The position numbers were made by a program, and so were the translations under genes. DNA of 64,000 nt from Spirochaetia bacterium (GTDB taxonomy: Bacteria; Spirochaetota; Spirochaetia; UBA9216): assembly GCA_965140585.1 (NCBI GenBank), contig OZ223269.1, forward strand, positions 960,001-1,024,000. Direction: 5' to 3'. Under the pieces are notes generated by a model. That model was not told where the DNA came from, did not search any database, and saw only the letters and a program-made list of their open reading frames with translations. Shown piece by piece: positions 30,974 to 42,500 of this stretch. Numbering within the stretch: position 1 is the stretch's first letter; the number at the start of each line of letters is the position of its first letter.

Positions 30974-31995
30974 AAATCAAGATCCAGAGGTGCGGATTTA
31001 TCCGTTGAACTACGAATAACAAGTTCAGTTCCAAGTATTGTAAGCCTATTTTTAACAGAGGGATTATCAATAATCTCTCTTAGTAATTTTACAGCTTCTT
31101 CTCCCATATCAGAGATAGGAAGGGCCACCGTGGACAGGGCAGGCTGGTACATTGCAGACAGCATGATATTGTCGAATCCAATTAATGCAATATCATCCGG
31201 GATTTCAAGCTTGCATTGTGAAAAATATTTAAGGCATCCCAGACCGACATTATCATTCTCAGCAACAACAGCATCCGGCCTTTGTTCCATATCCATTATC
31301 TTTTTTGCAGTATAATAGCCGTTCTGCATCTTAAGAGGTCCGTTAAATACCAACTGCGGATCCGGCACAAATCCGGCATCTTTCAGAGCGTCGCAAAAGC
31401 CTTGAAACTTCTGAGCTGATATACGGTTATCACTGTGACCTCCGGCATAAGCAATTCTTCTGTAGCCAGCTTTCAGCAGGTATTCAGTCGCTTTATACAT
31501 GCCTTCGCGCACATCTATACATACACGGTTAAGCCTTGTCATTTCAATATCCCAGCTGAGAAGAACTACGGGAAGCGTATCCTGAAGCTCATTCACATAT
31601 TCATCAATCATCTGTTCCTGATCGACAAAGCAGAGAATCAGGCCGTCAACTGGATTATTGGTTATATTATCAAGATAGTTTTTAATCACTTTAAAATCAT
31701 CTTCAATGGTCATAAGTGTAGCTGTAAGGCCATTACTTACAGCATTGGTTCTGATGGAATTAAAAACTTCTACAAAAAACGGATTGCTGATATTCGGGGT
31801 TATAACCGAAATTAGTCCGGTTTTTCCTGTTCTCATGCTCCGGGCAAGGGGACTGGGGCTGTAATTAAGTTCTTTAATTGCATTTTCTACACGTTCACGG
31901 GTTTTTGCCTTCAGAGAATCTGGATTATTCAGATATTTTGATACTGTACCTACGGAGACTTCTGCTAGACCGGCTACATCTTTAATAACCGCCAT
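30970..31995 (-). CDS. LacI family transcriptional regulator
   Basis: IKDVAGLAEVSVGTVSKYLN, IPDDIALIGFDN, PALSTV. Confidence 0.95.
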   Translation of the reverse strand: MAVIKDVAGLAEVSVGTVSKYLNNPDSLKAKTRERVENAIKELNYSPSPLARSMRTGKTGLISVITPNISNPFFVEVFNSIRTNAVSNGLTATLMTIEDDFKVIKNYLDNITNNPVDGLILCFVDQEQMIDEYVNELQDTLPVVLLSWDIEMTRLNRVCIDVREGMYKATEYLLKAGYRRIAYAGGHSDNRISAQKFQGFCDALKDAGFVPDPQLVFNGPLKMQNGYYTAKKIMDMEQRPDAVVAENDNVGLGCLKYFSQCKLEIPDDIALIGFDNIMLSAMYQPALSTVALPISDMGEEAVKLLREIIDNPSVKNRLTILGTELVIRSSTDKSAPLDLDF

Positions 31996-32025
31996 TTAAT
32001 ATCCTTTTTCTGTTTATTCTTGAAA

Positions 32026-32147
32026 ATGAATCGATATCATTATATAATAAAATACTAAATAAGGGTAAAAAATATAATTTATCGTTATAAGACGTATAAA
32101 AAAAGTCTTGTCTCGATTTAAAAAATCCTTAAAATGAATCGATTCAT
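32026..32147. promoter_or_regulatory. Two LacI-type operators
   Basis: Perfect palindrome ATGAATCGATTCAT at 32134-32147 and variant ATGAATCGATATCAT at 32026-32040, with central CG, between divergent genes. Confidence 0.75.
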
Positions 32148-32175
32148 ATTTGTATTATTTTAACTGGAGGATAAC

Positions 32176-33180
32176 TTGCCTGTAATTACAGAAAGAAAAG
32201 AAGTTTTAAATATTTATGCAGAAGCAGAAAAGAAGGGATGGGTAATACCATGTCTGTGTACCGAGAATCTTACGACAACTGAAGCAATTCTTCAGGCCGC
32301 TCTTGAGTTCGGAGAAGAAAAATCGATATCTGATATCCCGGTAATAGTAGCAATCACAAATCAATATGATCATCGCACACAGTCAGCTTATTATACCCAT
32401 ACAAGACGTTGGGATATCGGCTTAAAATTATTTATGGCTGATCTGAATGTACTTATGTCATCCGGTTCTCCCTATGAAAACTTGAGAGTAATGGTTCATC
32501 TTGATCATACTCAGTTTGATGATGATTCAGAACTGCTGTCGTGGGACATGAAACAATTTTCCTCTATCATGTTTGATGCATCTAAAGTTCCGCTTGCTCA
32601 GAATATTGCTCTTACTAAAAAGTTCGTGGAAGAGCAGGGCGGCAACATAGTTATTGAAGGGGCTTGTGATGAAATAGTAGATGCTACCGGACAGGATAAG
32701 AGTGAACTCACCACAGCAGAAAGAGCAGAGGAATTTTTCCGTGAAACCGGAGTGGATCTCATTGTTGCAAACCTTGGAACAGAACACAGAGCCAGTGGCG
32801 CCGACTTGAAATATTACGGTGATTATGCAAGAAAAATTAAAGAAAAGATCGGAACCAGGATCGTTCTTCACGGTGCATCCTCGGTACACGGGGAGCAGAT
32901 AGCTCATCTTTTTGAAGATGGAGTGTGTAAAGTTAATATATGGACCGCCCTTGAAAGAGATTCATCTCCCGCTCTAGTAAAATTGATGGTTCAAAATGCA
33001 TCAAAAGCAGGCGGTACAGACATTGTTGATAAACTTATCAACGACGGCTATTTGACTGAAAAATGCCGAACCGGTGAAAAAGCCTCAATTGCATTCTTTA
33101 CGACTGAAGCAAGACAGAAAACTGTATTTGAAGAAATGAAAAAAATTGTCAGAGGCTATCTTGACCTCTGGTATGTATAA
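32176..33180 (+). CDS. Class II fructose/tagatose-bisphosphate aldolase-like protein
   Basis: VHLDH, SIMFDAS, NLGTEH, VLHGASS, KVNIWT; GGAGG RBS, TTG start. Confidence 0.82.
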   Translation: MPVITERKEVLNIYAEAEKKGWVIPCLCTENLTTTEAILQAALEFGEEKSISDIPVIVAITNQYDHRTQSAYYTHTRRWDIGLKLFMADLNVLMSSGSPYENLRVMVHLDHTQFDDDSELLSWDMKQFSSIMFDASKVPLAQNIALTKKFVEEQGGNIVIEGACDEIVDATGQDKSELTTAERAEEFFRETGVDLIVANLGTEHRASGADLKYYGDYARKIKEKIGTRIVLHGASSVHGEQIAHLFEDGVCKVNIWTALERDSSPALVKLMVQNASKAGGTDIVDKLINDGYLTEKCRTGEKASIAFFTTEARQKTVFEEMKKIVRGYLDLWYV

Positions 33181-33194
33181 GGCAGGAGTTAATT

Positions 33195-34679
33195 ATGTCT
33201 CTTCTAGGACTCGATATAGGAACATCCGGATGCAAAGCTACTATAGTAAATTATAAAGGAGCCGTAATAGGACAGGCGCATCGGGAATATCATCTGATAA
33301 ATCCCGGTCCCGGCCTCGAAGAACTTGATCCTGAGATTGTATGGAGATCAGTTAAAGCTGTAATTTCTGAATCAATTTTAAACTACTGTTCAGATCCTGT
33401 AGTTGCGGTAAGCGTATCATCTTTCGGAGAAGCCGCTATTCCAGTAGGAAATGACGGCAGAGTCCTTCACAATGCAATAATATACATTGATAAAAGGGGA
33501 CAGGAAGAAGCTGCATTTCTTAGTTCTGCGCTTGGTGATGAAAAAATACAGGCGATAACCGGAGTACCTGCACATTCCATGTTTTCAATAAGTAAAATAA
33601 TGTGGATTAAAAAGAACCTTCCCGAAGTTTTTAAAAAAACATGGAAGTTTATGGCCTTTGCCGATTTTATTCTATTCCGGCTGGGAGCAGATCCTCATAT
33701 GGATTATTCACTTGCCGGACGAACCCAGGCTTTTGATATAATAAACAAAGAATGGTCTTCTGATATTCTAAACTGCGCAGATGTAAAAACAGAAATTTTC
33801 GGAACTCCGGTTCAGAGCGGAACAGTAGTTGGTACCATCTCAAAAACAATTGCCTCGGAACTAAACCTGCCTGATAATATCATCCTTGTTGCAGGAGGAC
33901 ATGACCAGCCGTGTGCAGCACTTGGAGCAGGCGTTATTCGAAGTGATCTTGCAGTAGACGGACTGGGTTCAACAGAATGTATTACACCGGCTTTCAACCG
34001 TCCGGTAATTTCTTCCAAAACAGCAGAAAGCAGTTTCGCCTGCGTTCCTCATGTTGTTAAAGACATGTATGTAACCTATGCATTTACCTTCACCAGCGGA
34101 AGTGTTCTTAAATGGTATCGTGATTCATTCGGTAAACTTCACAATAATTCGGTAAATCAAAGCTATGGTGATCTTATTGAGGCTGCGGCTAAAACTCCAT
34201 CAGATATTTTTATTCTTCCTCATTTTGCCGGTGCAGCAACTCCTTATATGGATACCGACTCCCGTGGGGCGATTGTAGGTCTTACGATCAATACAAAACC
34301 GGAGGAGATTTTAAGGGCAATCCTTGAAGGTATCACGTATGAAATCATGGTGAATGTAGAAAGGCTGGATGAAGCGGGTATACATGTAAACGAACTGCGT
34401 GCAGTCGGAGGTCTTTCAAAATCAGATACATTCCTTCAGATTAAGGCGGATATTATGGGGAGGGAGGTTTCTACGCTTGAGATCTCAGAAGCTGGGACTC
34501 TTGGTGTTGCGATTCTCGCCGGTACTGCTGCCGGAATCTACAGCAGTATTAAAGAAGCAGTAAACCAGCTTGTCAAAAAGAAAAAAGTATTTTATCCGAA
34601 TGAATCAATGAACAGTATTTATAAAGATAAATTTCAGACTTACAAAAAAATATATCCATCGGTGAGACCGATTTTCTAA
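33195..34679 (+). CDS. FGGY-family carbohydrate kinase
   Basis: GLDIGTSGCKA, GGHDQPCAALGAG, LPHFAG, VGGLSKS..QIKADI. Confidence 0.92.
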   Translation: MSLLGLDIGTSGCKATIVNYKGAVIGQAHREYHLINPGPGLEELDPEIVWRSVKAVISESILNYCSDPVVAVSVSSFGEAAIPVGNDGRVLHNAIIYIDKRGQEEAAFLSSALGDEKIQAITGVPAHSMFSISKIMWIKKNLPEVFKKTWKFMAFADFILFRLGADPHMDYSLAGRTQAFDIINKEWSSDILNCADVKTEIFGTPVQSGTVVGTISKTIASELNLPDNIILVAGGHDQPCAALGAGVIRSDLAVDGLGSTECITPAFNRPVISSKTAESSFACVPHVVKDMYVTYAFTFTSGSVLKWYRDSFGKLHNNSVNQSYGDLIEAAAKTPSDIFILPHFAGAATPYMDTDSRGAIVGLTINTKPEEILRAILEGITYEIMVNVERLDEAGIHVNELRAVGGLSKSDTFLQIKADIMGREVSTLEISEAGTLGVAILAGTAAGIYSSIKEAVNQLVKKKKVFYPNESMNSIYKDKFQTYKKIYPSVRPIF

Positions 34680-34689
34680 GGGATTTATC

Positions 34690-35868
34690 ATGAAAAAAGC
34701 AGTAATGTATGGAGCCGGCAACATTGGTCGTGGTTTTATCGGACAGTTATTTTATGAATCAGGTTATGAAACTGTTTTCATCGATGTAAATTCAGATGTT
34801 GTACAAAAAATTAATTCTGATAAAAGCTATCCGGTAAAATTCGTCTCAGACAGAGGAAGTCATGAACAGACAGTAAAAAATATCAGTGCAGTTGACGGCC
34901 GCAATGAGCAGGCAGTAGTCGATGTAATTGCCCAGGCCGATATAATGGCTACAGCTGTTGGTGTTAATATTTTACCATATATCGCAAAACCGCTTGCTCT
35001 TGGATTAAAAAAACGCTGGAGCAGCGGAATTCAAGGGCCGCTTAATATAATAATCTGTGAAAATCTTATTAATGCAGATATTTATCTTAAAAAACTTATC
35101 TCCGAGCAGCTTGATGATGCTTATATAAAAAAACTTGATGAAAATATTGGTTTTGTAGAAGCATCAATAGGACGGATGGTTCCTGTAATGACCCCGGACA
35201 TGCAGGGAGATAATATACTTCGGATTTGTGTTGAAGAATATTCTCAGCTTCCTGTTGATAAAGATGGATTTAAAGGAAGTATTCCTGAAATTAAAAATCT
35301 GAATCCCTTCAGCCCTTTCAGTTTTTATATTCAGAGAAAGCTTTTCATTCACAATATGGGTCATGCAGCATCAGCCTATCTTGGAGCATTAAAAAGCTAT
35401 ACCTATATTTGGCAGGCAGTTGAAGATGAACAGATTATAAAAACTGTAAAGGAAGCCATGACATCATCTGCGAAAGCTCTTTCAAAAGAACATAATGTAG
35501 AACTAAAAGAATTACTTGAGCATGTTGATGATCTTCTGTCCCGTTTCGGCAACAGGCAGCTTGGTGATACTGTTGCAAGAGTAGGCCGCGATTTAACCCG
35601 CAAACTTTTGCCGGAGGATCGACTCACAGGCGCACTTAACTTATGTATCAAACATAAATTAAACACAGATGCAATCTGCACGGCAATTGCGGCAGCTCTA
35701 TGCTTTGAAGATCCTGCAGAAAGCAGGGCTGCCGGAATATTAAAATCCGACGGCCCTGAAAAAGTTCTTAAAGATATCTGTCAGATTAAACCCGGAACTG
35801 ATTCATGGAAGACTATAACTCAAAAGTATAAAGAACTTAGCCTACCTTCATCACCTTTCGTGCAATAG
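34690..35868 (+). CDS. Mannitol-1-phosphate 5-dehydrogenase-like polyol-phosphate dehydrogenase
   Basis: GAGNIGRGFIG, TAVG, ICEN, GRMVP, RKLFIHNMGH, RVGRDLTRKL..DRL. Confidence 0.88.
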   Translation: MKKAVMYGAGNIGRGFIGQLFYESGYETVFIDVNSDVVQKINSDKSYPVKFVSDRGSHEQTVKNISAVDGRNEQAVVDVIAQADIMATAVGVNILPYIAKPLALGLKKRWSSGIQGPLNIIICENLINADIYLKKLISEQLDDAYIKKLDENIGFVEASIGRMVPVMTPDMQGDNILRICVEEYSQLPVDKDGFKGSIPEIKNLNPFSPFSFYIQRKLFIHNMGHAASAYLGALKSYTYIWQAVEDEQIIKTVKEAMTSSAKALSKEHNVELKELLEHVDDLLSRFGNRQLGDTVARVGRDLTRKLLPEDRLTGALNLCIKHKLNTDAICTAIAAALCFEDPAESRAAGILKSDGPEKVLKDICQIKPGTDSWKTITQKYKELSLPSSPFVQ

Positions 35869-37027
35869 CCACAACCGGTTTAAAGAAGGAACCTTCAAGT
35901 TCCTTCTTAACGTTCTTAAGTTCTTTTCGAATCTCAATATGCTGAGGACAATGCTTTTCACATTTGCCGCAGTCAATACACAAAGAAGCAAATGCCGGTT
36001 TCTTTGCTCCTCCGCCGAGATTCATCATATAATTGAACCTGATGCCGCGTGCTCCCAGCAGATACTTATCGTTATAGGCTGTAAAACACTGAGGTATATT
36101 AACGCCTGCGGGGCAGGGCATACAATACGCACAGCCGGTACAGGGAACTTTGGTTTTTTCAAGGATAATCTTTTTTACCCTGTCATAAATCTTCATTTCC
36201 TCGGATGTTAGAGAGCCTGACTCAGCAGTTGATGCAGTCGCAATATTTTCATCAAGCTGGCTGAACTCATTCATTCCTGAAAGAATGAGAGTTACTTCAG
36301 GATGATTCCATATCCAGCGAAGCGACCATTCTGCCGGACTTCTATCAATTTTATAATCCCCGAATTCCTTAATGACCTCTTTTGGCAGATTATTAACAAG
36401 CTGACCTCCCCGAAGAGGTTCCATAATGATAACAGGCAGCCCCATAGAATGGGCCAGATCCAGACCGGATCTCGTTGCCTGGTTATTTTCATCAAGATAA
36501 TTATACTGAATCTGGCAGAGGTCCCATGGATATGCAGTCACAAGCTCTTCAAAATCCTTCTTGCTTCCATGGAAAGAAAAACCAAGATTCTTAATAATCC
36601 CTTGCTTTTTTAAGTCTTCAAGCCATGACATTACTCCGAGTTTTTCAAGCCTTTCAAAACCGGTACAGTCCGAAAGCATATGAATAAGGTAGTAATCAAT
36701 ATAATCTGTATTAAGTCTTGAAAGCTGTGTGTCAAAGATCTTTTTTGCCCGCTCCAGACTCCCTACAAGATAATGAGGCAGCTTATCTGCAATCATTATT
36801 CTTTCTCTGTAACCGCCCTCAAGCGCTTTTCCAAGCATGACCTCGCTTTTACCGCCATGATACGGATAAGCAGTGTCAAAGTAATTAATTCCCTTTTCAA
36901 TTGCAGTTCTAATAAGGGAGGTAGTTTTCTCTTCATCTATGCTGTTGCCCTTCATTGGAAACCGCATACAGCCGAAGCCGAGGATTGACAGTTCATCACC
37001 ATTTTTCTTGTTTAATCTGGTAAGCAT
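35837..37027 (-). CDS. Aldo/keto reductase with C-terminal 4Fe-4S domain
   Basis: LGFGCMRF, YFDTAYPYH, MEPLRGG, CTGCAYCMPC, CIDCGKCEKHCPQ. Confidence 0.92.
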   Translation of the reverse strand: MLTRLNKKNGDELSILGFGCMRFPMKGNSIDEEKTTSLIRTAIEKGINYFDTAYPYHGGKSEVMLGKALEGGYRERIMIADKLPHYLVGSLERAKKIFDTQLSRLNTDYIDYYLIHMLSDCTGFERLEKLGVMSWLEDLKKQGIIKNLGFSFHGSKKDFEELVTAYPWDLCQIQYNYLDENNQATRSGLDLAHSMGLPVIIMEPLRGGQLVNNLPKEVIKEFGDYKIDRSPAEWSLRWIWNHPEVTLILSGMNEFSQLDENIATASTAESGSLTSEEMKIYDRVKKIILEKTKVPCTGCAYCMPCPAGVNIPQCFTAYNDKYLLGARGIRFNYMMNLGGGAKKPAFASLCIDCGKCEKHCPQHIEIRKELKNVKKELEGSFFKPVVAIARKVMKVG

Positions 37028-37206
37028 TAAAGACTCCGTGTTATAGAATAAAAAAGTTTCACATACAATTTACTTAAAAATACTTTTAAGGCAACCTTTA
37101 ACTGCAATCTTAAACAAAAAGTTAAGATTTATGTAACCCGTTATTTATGGCTTTAACATGCCTTTACATATATTTTTACCCTGTAATTCAATCAGCGGAG
37201 AAAATA

Positions 37207-38610
37207 ATGAAGAGATTTTTTTTCATATTAATAATTTTAACGTCATTATGTGCAAATATTTCTGCAGAAAATGATGAGAATGCACTGATACTGAGTGTAG
37301 ATGATGCTGTGACACTTGGTCTGCAGAATAATTATAATCTTAAAGTAAAAACAATTGAAACTGTACAAAAAAACAGAGAGCGAAGAGATGCCTGGAATGT
37401 ATTGATTCCGGATATATCTGCTTCGGCAACACTAAACAGGAGCAATGTCGCAGCTAGCGGCAGTGGTATTGCAGTTCTTGGTTCTAATAATCCGCTTGAC
37501 AGCAGTTCATTTTCTACAGATGACGGACTTTATGATTATATATTTATGCAGAACTATGAATATGAAGCAGATCCATGGACTCTGGTAGGTAAGATTTCAA
37601 CCCAGCTGGCCCTCTCACCTGCTATGGTTAACGGCGTAAAACAGCTTGATCTAGACTATCGGAATTCAATGTTGGAATATAATTCCGCGGAATTATCAAC
37701 AAGGCAGTCTATAAAACGTAATTTCTATAATCTACTGCTTCTGCAGGAACAAATCAGTGTACTTGAAAAGAATATCGAAACAACAGAAAACAGGCTTGAG
37801 AGTATGCAGCTAATGTACATTTACGGTTATATAACAGAACTTGACCTCTTAAACACACGAGCAGGCTTATCTTCAATGGGGCCTAGTCTTGCAAAAATGG
37901 AAGATGCATATCAGCAGCTGCTGATGGCTTTTAAAATGGATCTTGGTCTGGATTTAAAAATGCCACTTGAACTTACCGGAACTGTAGAAGTTGTACCTGA
38001 GAACCTTGATGCAGACAAACTTATACAGACGTTTCTATCGGGAAGGATTGACCTGCAGCAGCTGTCAGTAAGCTATGAAATGCTTGAGAACTCAAAATCT
38101 GCAGTTTTTAATCAGTCCTATTTACCTGCGCTTGTTCTTGGCTACAGTTACAGTCCTTATATATCAGACCCCTTTGCATCAGAAAGCTGGGAAAATGAGG
38201 ATATGTACGGTGATAACGGCGCTTTTTCAGTAACGCTTTCAATACCAGTTGATGAGTGGCTTCCGCATTCAGCATCTGCAAATAAAATAAAAGCTTCTGA
38301 AGACGCTCTGAATCAGCTTGAATATCAGAAAGAACTGGCATATACGGCAGCCGAAATGGAAATACGCTCACTAGTGAGAACGCTTAATACCAGTAGAAAA
38401 AATATGGAAGTGCTGACTGAGTCAATCGAACTTAATCAAAAGAATTATGACATGAGCAGGGAAGCTTATGAAAAAGGAGAACTGCAGCTGCTCGAACTTG
38501 AATCAAGTGAAAATTCTCTTCTGCAGGCGGAACTTGATCTGCTTTCTGAAAAATACAGCTACATTTCCAATTTTTTAAGTCTTGAACAGGCTTTAAATAC
38601 TGAATTATAG
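37207..38610 (+). CDS. TolC-family outer-membrane efflux protein
   Basis: Signal peptide, LSVDDAVTLGLQNN, helical repeats ending YEKGELQLLEL; GGAG RBS. Confidence 0.85.
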   Translation: MKRFFFILIILTSLCANISAENDENALILSVDDAVTLGLQNNYNLKVKTIETVQKNRERRDAWNVLIPDISASATLNRSNVAASGSGIAVLGSNNPLDSSSFSTDDGLYDYIFMQNYEYEADPWTLVGKISTQLALSPAMVNGVKQLDLDYRNSMLEYNSAELSTRQSIKRNFYNLLLLQEQISVLEKNIETTENRLESMQLMYIYGYITELDLLNTRAGLSSMGPSLAKMEDAYQQLLMAFKMDLGLDLKMPLELTGTVEVVPENLDADKLIQTFLSGRIDLQQLSVSYEMLENSKSAVFNQSYLPALVLGYSYSPYISDPFASESWENEDMYGDNGAFSVTLSIPVDEWLPHSASANKIKASEDALNQLEYQKELAYTAAEMEIRSLVRTLNTSRKNMEVLTESIELNQKNYDMSREAYEKGELQLLELESSENSLLQAELDLLSEKYSYISNFLSLEQALNTEL

Positions 38611-38627
38611 AAAGACGGGGAGTCAAT

Positions 38628-39545
38628 ATGAAACAATTTTTTGTAAAAACTGCAGCAGTATTAACGGCAGTAATTATTATTTCTGGCTGCGGTTCCGCAG
38701 CTGTCTCGCGGGAGGAAAGCCGCGATGCCGGAATGGAACAGGTCATTGATAAAAGAATCAATGTAAGAACCGCTGAAGCGCAAATCGGTTCAATCTCTAA
38801 CAGACTTATACTGAGCGGAGATGTTGAAGCTTCATCATCGGTAGATGTATACCCAGCGGTAGCCGGTAAAATTACTTCACTGCTTATTGAAGCAGGTGAT
38901 TATGTTAAAAAAGGGCAGGTCCTGGCAAAGGTTGATCAGGCAAGACCGGGAATGAATTATGCCGAAAGCCCGGTAGAAGCCCCGGTGAGCGGAACCGTTA
39001 CTGCTGTTAATGCAGATACAGGAGCGACTGTATCGCAGCAGATGGCCTTATTCAGTATCGGTAATATAGACAGTCTTAGAATTAAAACACAGGTTCCGGA
39101 ACGATTCATATACATGGTGGAGAAGGGACAGAAAGCAAATATTTCAACCACGGCGTCTCCGGGTGCACATTATCAGGCTCTTATTTCTTCAATAGCACCT
39201 GTTGTTAATCCTGCCAGCAGAACCCTAAGCATAGAACTTGAAATTACCGGCAGAATTCCCATAAAGGCGGGGATGTTCGTCGGTATTGAGCTGATAACAT
39301 CGACAAGGGAATCAGCAGTAATACTGCCGGAAAAAGCAGTTCTTACCAGAGACGAATACAGCTATGTCTATCGTGTTTCTGACAATACAGCAGAACGGGT
39401 AATAGTTGAAACAGGAATTAAAGATAATGAATTTGTTGAAATTATTTCCGGTATCGACGAAGGCGATATTGTTGTTACAGAAGGAGCTGCATTGCTTTCA
39501 GCCGGAAGCGGTGTAAAGATTATCAATAAGGATAGCAGCAAATGA
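38628..39545 (+). CDS. RND efflux periplasmic adaptor (lipoprotein)
   Basis: Lipobox ISGC; GDYVKKGQVL, APVSGTV, AGMFV. Confidence 0.9.
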   Translation: MKQFFVKTAAVLTAVIIISGCGSAAVSREESRDAGMEQVIDKRINVRTAEAQIGSISNRLILSGDVEASSSVDVYPAVAGKITSLLIEAGDYVKKGQVLAKVDQARPGMNYAESPVEAPVSGTVTAVNADTGATVSQQMALFSIGNIDSLRIKTQVPERFIYMVEKGQKANISTTASPGAHYQALISSIAPVVNPASRTLSIELEITGRIPIKAGMFVGIELITSTRESAVILPEKAVLTRDEYSYVYRVSDNTAERVIVETGIKDNEFVEIISGIDEGDIVVTEGAALLSAGSGVKIINKDSSK

Positions 39546-42500
39546 CAATTTCAAGACGAATATTAAGCCGTCCGATGACCATGATAATTGTCTTTCTGGT
39601 AATTTCAGTTGCAGGAGCTACTCTTATCGGCAGACTTGCTGTGAATCTTTTACCGGAAATAGACATGCCGGCCCTGGCAGTAGTAACAACATATCCAATG
39701 GCTTCACCCTCAGAAATAGAAGAAAAAATTACCAGACCTATAGAAGCGCAACTGGCAAATGTATCGGGTCTTGACTCCATGACCTCTTATTCCTATGAAA
39801 ATTACAGCATGATAGTCATGATGCTTGATTTTGATACCGATATGACCGAAACCACCGCAGATATTCGTGATAAGCTTTCAATGGTTACAAACAGTCTGCC
39901 CGAAGATTCCAATACACCGTCAATTTTCCGTTTTGATCCTAACGCCCAGCCGGTAATAACCCTCGCCCTGACCGGAGACCAGAGACTTGAAGTTCTTCTG
40001 CAGATAGCCACAGATGAAGTTCAGCCTAGACTTGAGCGCATAAGCGGTGTTGCTGAAGCAGCAGTTTCAGGCGGCCTTGAGGAAATAGTACAGGTAGATT
40101 TCTACCAGGAAAGACTTGATTCACTGGGATTAAGTATTTCCCAGATTTCGGCTGCACTTGCAAGTCAGAATATGAAACTAGGTGCAGGAGAGATGCTTGA
40201 AGGCGGTAAAAATTATATTATACAGACATCCGGTGAAATTAATACTTTAAAAGAACTTGAAATGACAACAGTCGGAGTCAAGGCAACCGGCAGAAACTCC
40301 TATTATGAAATACTTTTACGGGATATTGCAGATGTTCATATGGGTACCGCAAATCAGACCAGTATAGTTCTTATTGACGGAAAGGAAGGCATACAGATAT
40401 CAGTCAGAAAAACTGATAATGCAAATATGATAGATGTGGTTAATGCAGTAAAAGCAGAAATTTCATCTATCGAAAACATACTTTCAGATGGTAACAGTAT
40501 AAAAGTTCTTCAGGATAATTCCATAATGGTCAATTCAGTTATTAATCAGGTGCTGAGCTCAGCGGCCGTTGGAATACTTTTTGCCGTTCTGGTCCTGATA
40601 CTTTTTCTCAGAAGAATAAAACCGACTATCATTATTGCAATCTCAATACCAGTAAGTCTTCTTATAACAATAGGAGCAATGAGTCTTGCCGGTAAAACCT
40701 TCAATATGATTTCGCTTACCGGACTTATACTTGCTTTAGGAATGATAGTAGACGGTTCAATAGTTGTTATTGAAAATATATTCAGATACAGACAGAAAGG
40801 CGCACTTCAGCAGTCATCCGCGGAACTCGGTACCCAGGAAGTTATCGGGGCAATAACCGGGTCAATTCTAACATCAATTTGTGTTTTTCTTCCTCTGCTT
40901 ATTTTTAAAAGTGATCTGGGTGTAGTAGGCATCATGTTCGATGATATGGCTTTTACAATAGTCGTCGCCCTGCTTTCATCTCTTGCTGTTTCAATCCTCC
41001 TTGTTCCGGTACTTGCTTCAAAAGTTTTTCCTATCTATACAAGGGAGGAAAAGCCTGTTAAAAACCGTGCTTTAAAATATATGGATGACAGCATGGAAAC
41101 GGGTATGAATAAATTTACCGAAGCTTATAGAAAAGCAGTGGGATGGTGTTTAAATCATAAAGCAGTAATTATTCTGCTTTCAGTTGCACTCCTTGCTGCA
41201 TCGATTATTCAAATCCCTAAACTCGGTCTTATAATGATGCCTGACTCAGGAGAAACTTCGATTATTATGAATGTGAATATGCCGGAAGGTACAGCACTCG
41301 AACAGACCGAAGCGGTAATGATGCAGTGGCAGGAAATTGCGCTGGAAAATATTCCTGAACGTGAACGTAGAAGCATCGTCATTTCTTCAGGTTCAAGCGG
41401 AGGACTCAATTCAAGCGGAGGCACACATACCGGTACTATTGAAATTGCACTGCCGGATCCCGCAGAACGCAGCATGTCAGATGAGGATATAAGAGAAATA
41501 TTCAGGAGCAGATTCGATATGTTTCCTGATGCTGTTATCCAGTTCTCAACAACAGATCAGGCTAGAATGATGACAGGCAGCGATGTATCAATAAATATAA
41601 AAGGTAATAAACTCGATGATCTGGTCTACGTAAGTGAAGAACTGATGCAGCTGGTTAAGGAAGAGATTCCAGAAATTAAAGAGTTCACAAGCAGTCACTC
41701 AAATGCACTGCCGGAAATACAGCTTGAACTTGACCGCTCCAAACTCTTTGATCTGGGACTTAATTCTCAGACTGTGGCATACGAAATACGTTCGCAGATA
41801 GCCGGTGTAACCGCTACAAGTATTACTCTGGATGGAGAAACCTATGATGTAGTTCTACAGCTCAGAGAAGAAGATCGTGATTCGGAATTTGATATTAACC
41901 GTATATTTGTATCAAACAGTTTCGGCCAGAAAATACCATTTTCAAGTTTTGGAGATGTGGTGAAAACCGTAGGTCCTGTATCGATTTACAGGGAGGACCG
42001 TTCAAAAACAATTACACTCTCAGGCAGCCTTCAGCCGGGAGCCAAGGCAAACTTCGTTCAGAATGAGATAGAAACATTAGCCGAAGAAGCTATAGTTCTG
42101 CCTGAAGGCGTATCATTCACTACCGGCGGTCAGATGGAGATGCTTACCGACGCCATGGATGGAATGCAGCTGGTGCTTATTTTTGCAGCGCTTCTTGTCT
42201 TCGCTGTTATGGTAAGCCAGTTTGAATCACTAAAACTCCCGCTCATCATTGTAATTATGATACCGATGCTGCTTATCGGCGTCGTAGCAATATACACCAT
42301 CACCGGTGAACCGCTGAGTATGCCGTCTCTGATTGGAATTGTAATGCTGCTTGGTATCGTCGTAAATAATGGAATCATTCTTGTTGATGCTATCAACCTT
42401 CAGCGCAAGAGAGGACTTACCGTTTTTGATGCGTGCAGGGATGCAGCAGCCAACAGACTCCGCCCGGTTCTGATGACCACCATGACAACAGTTTTTGCAA

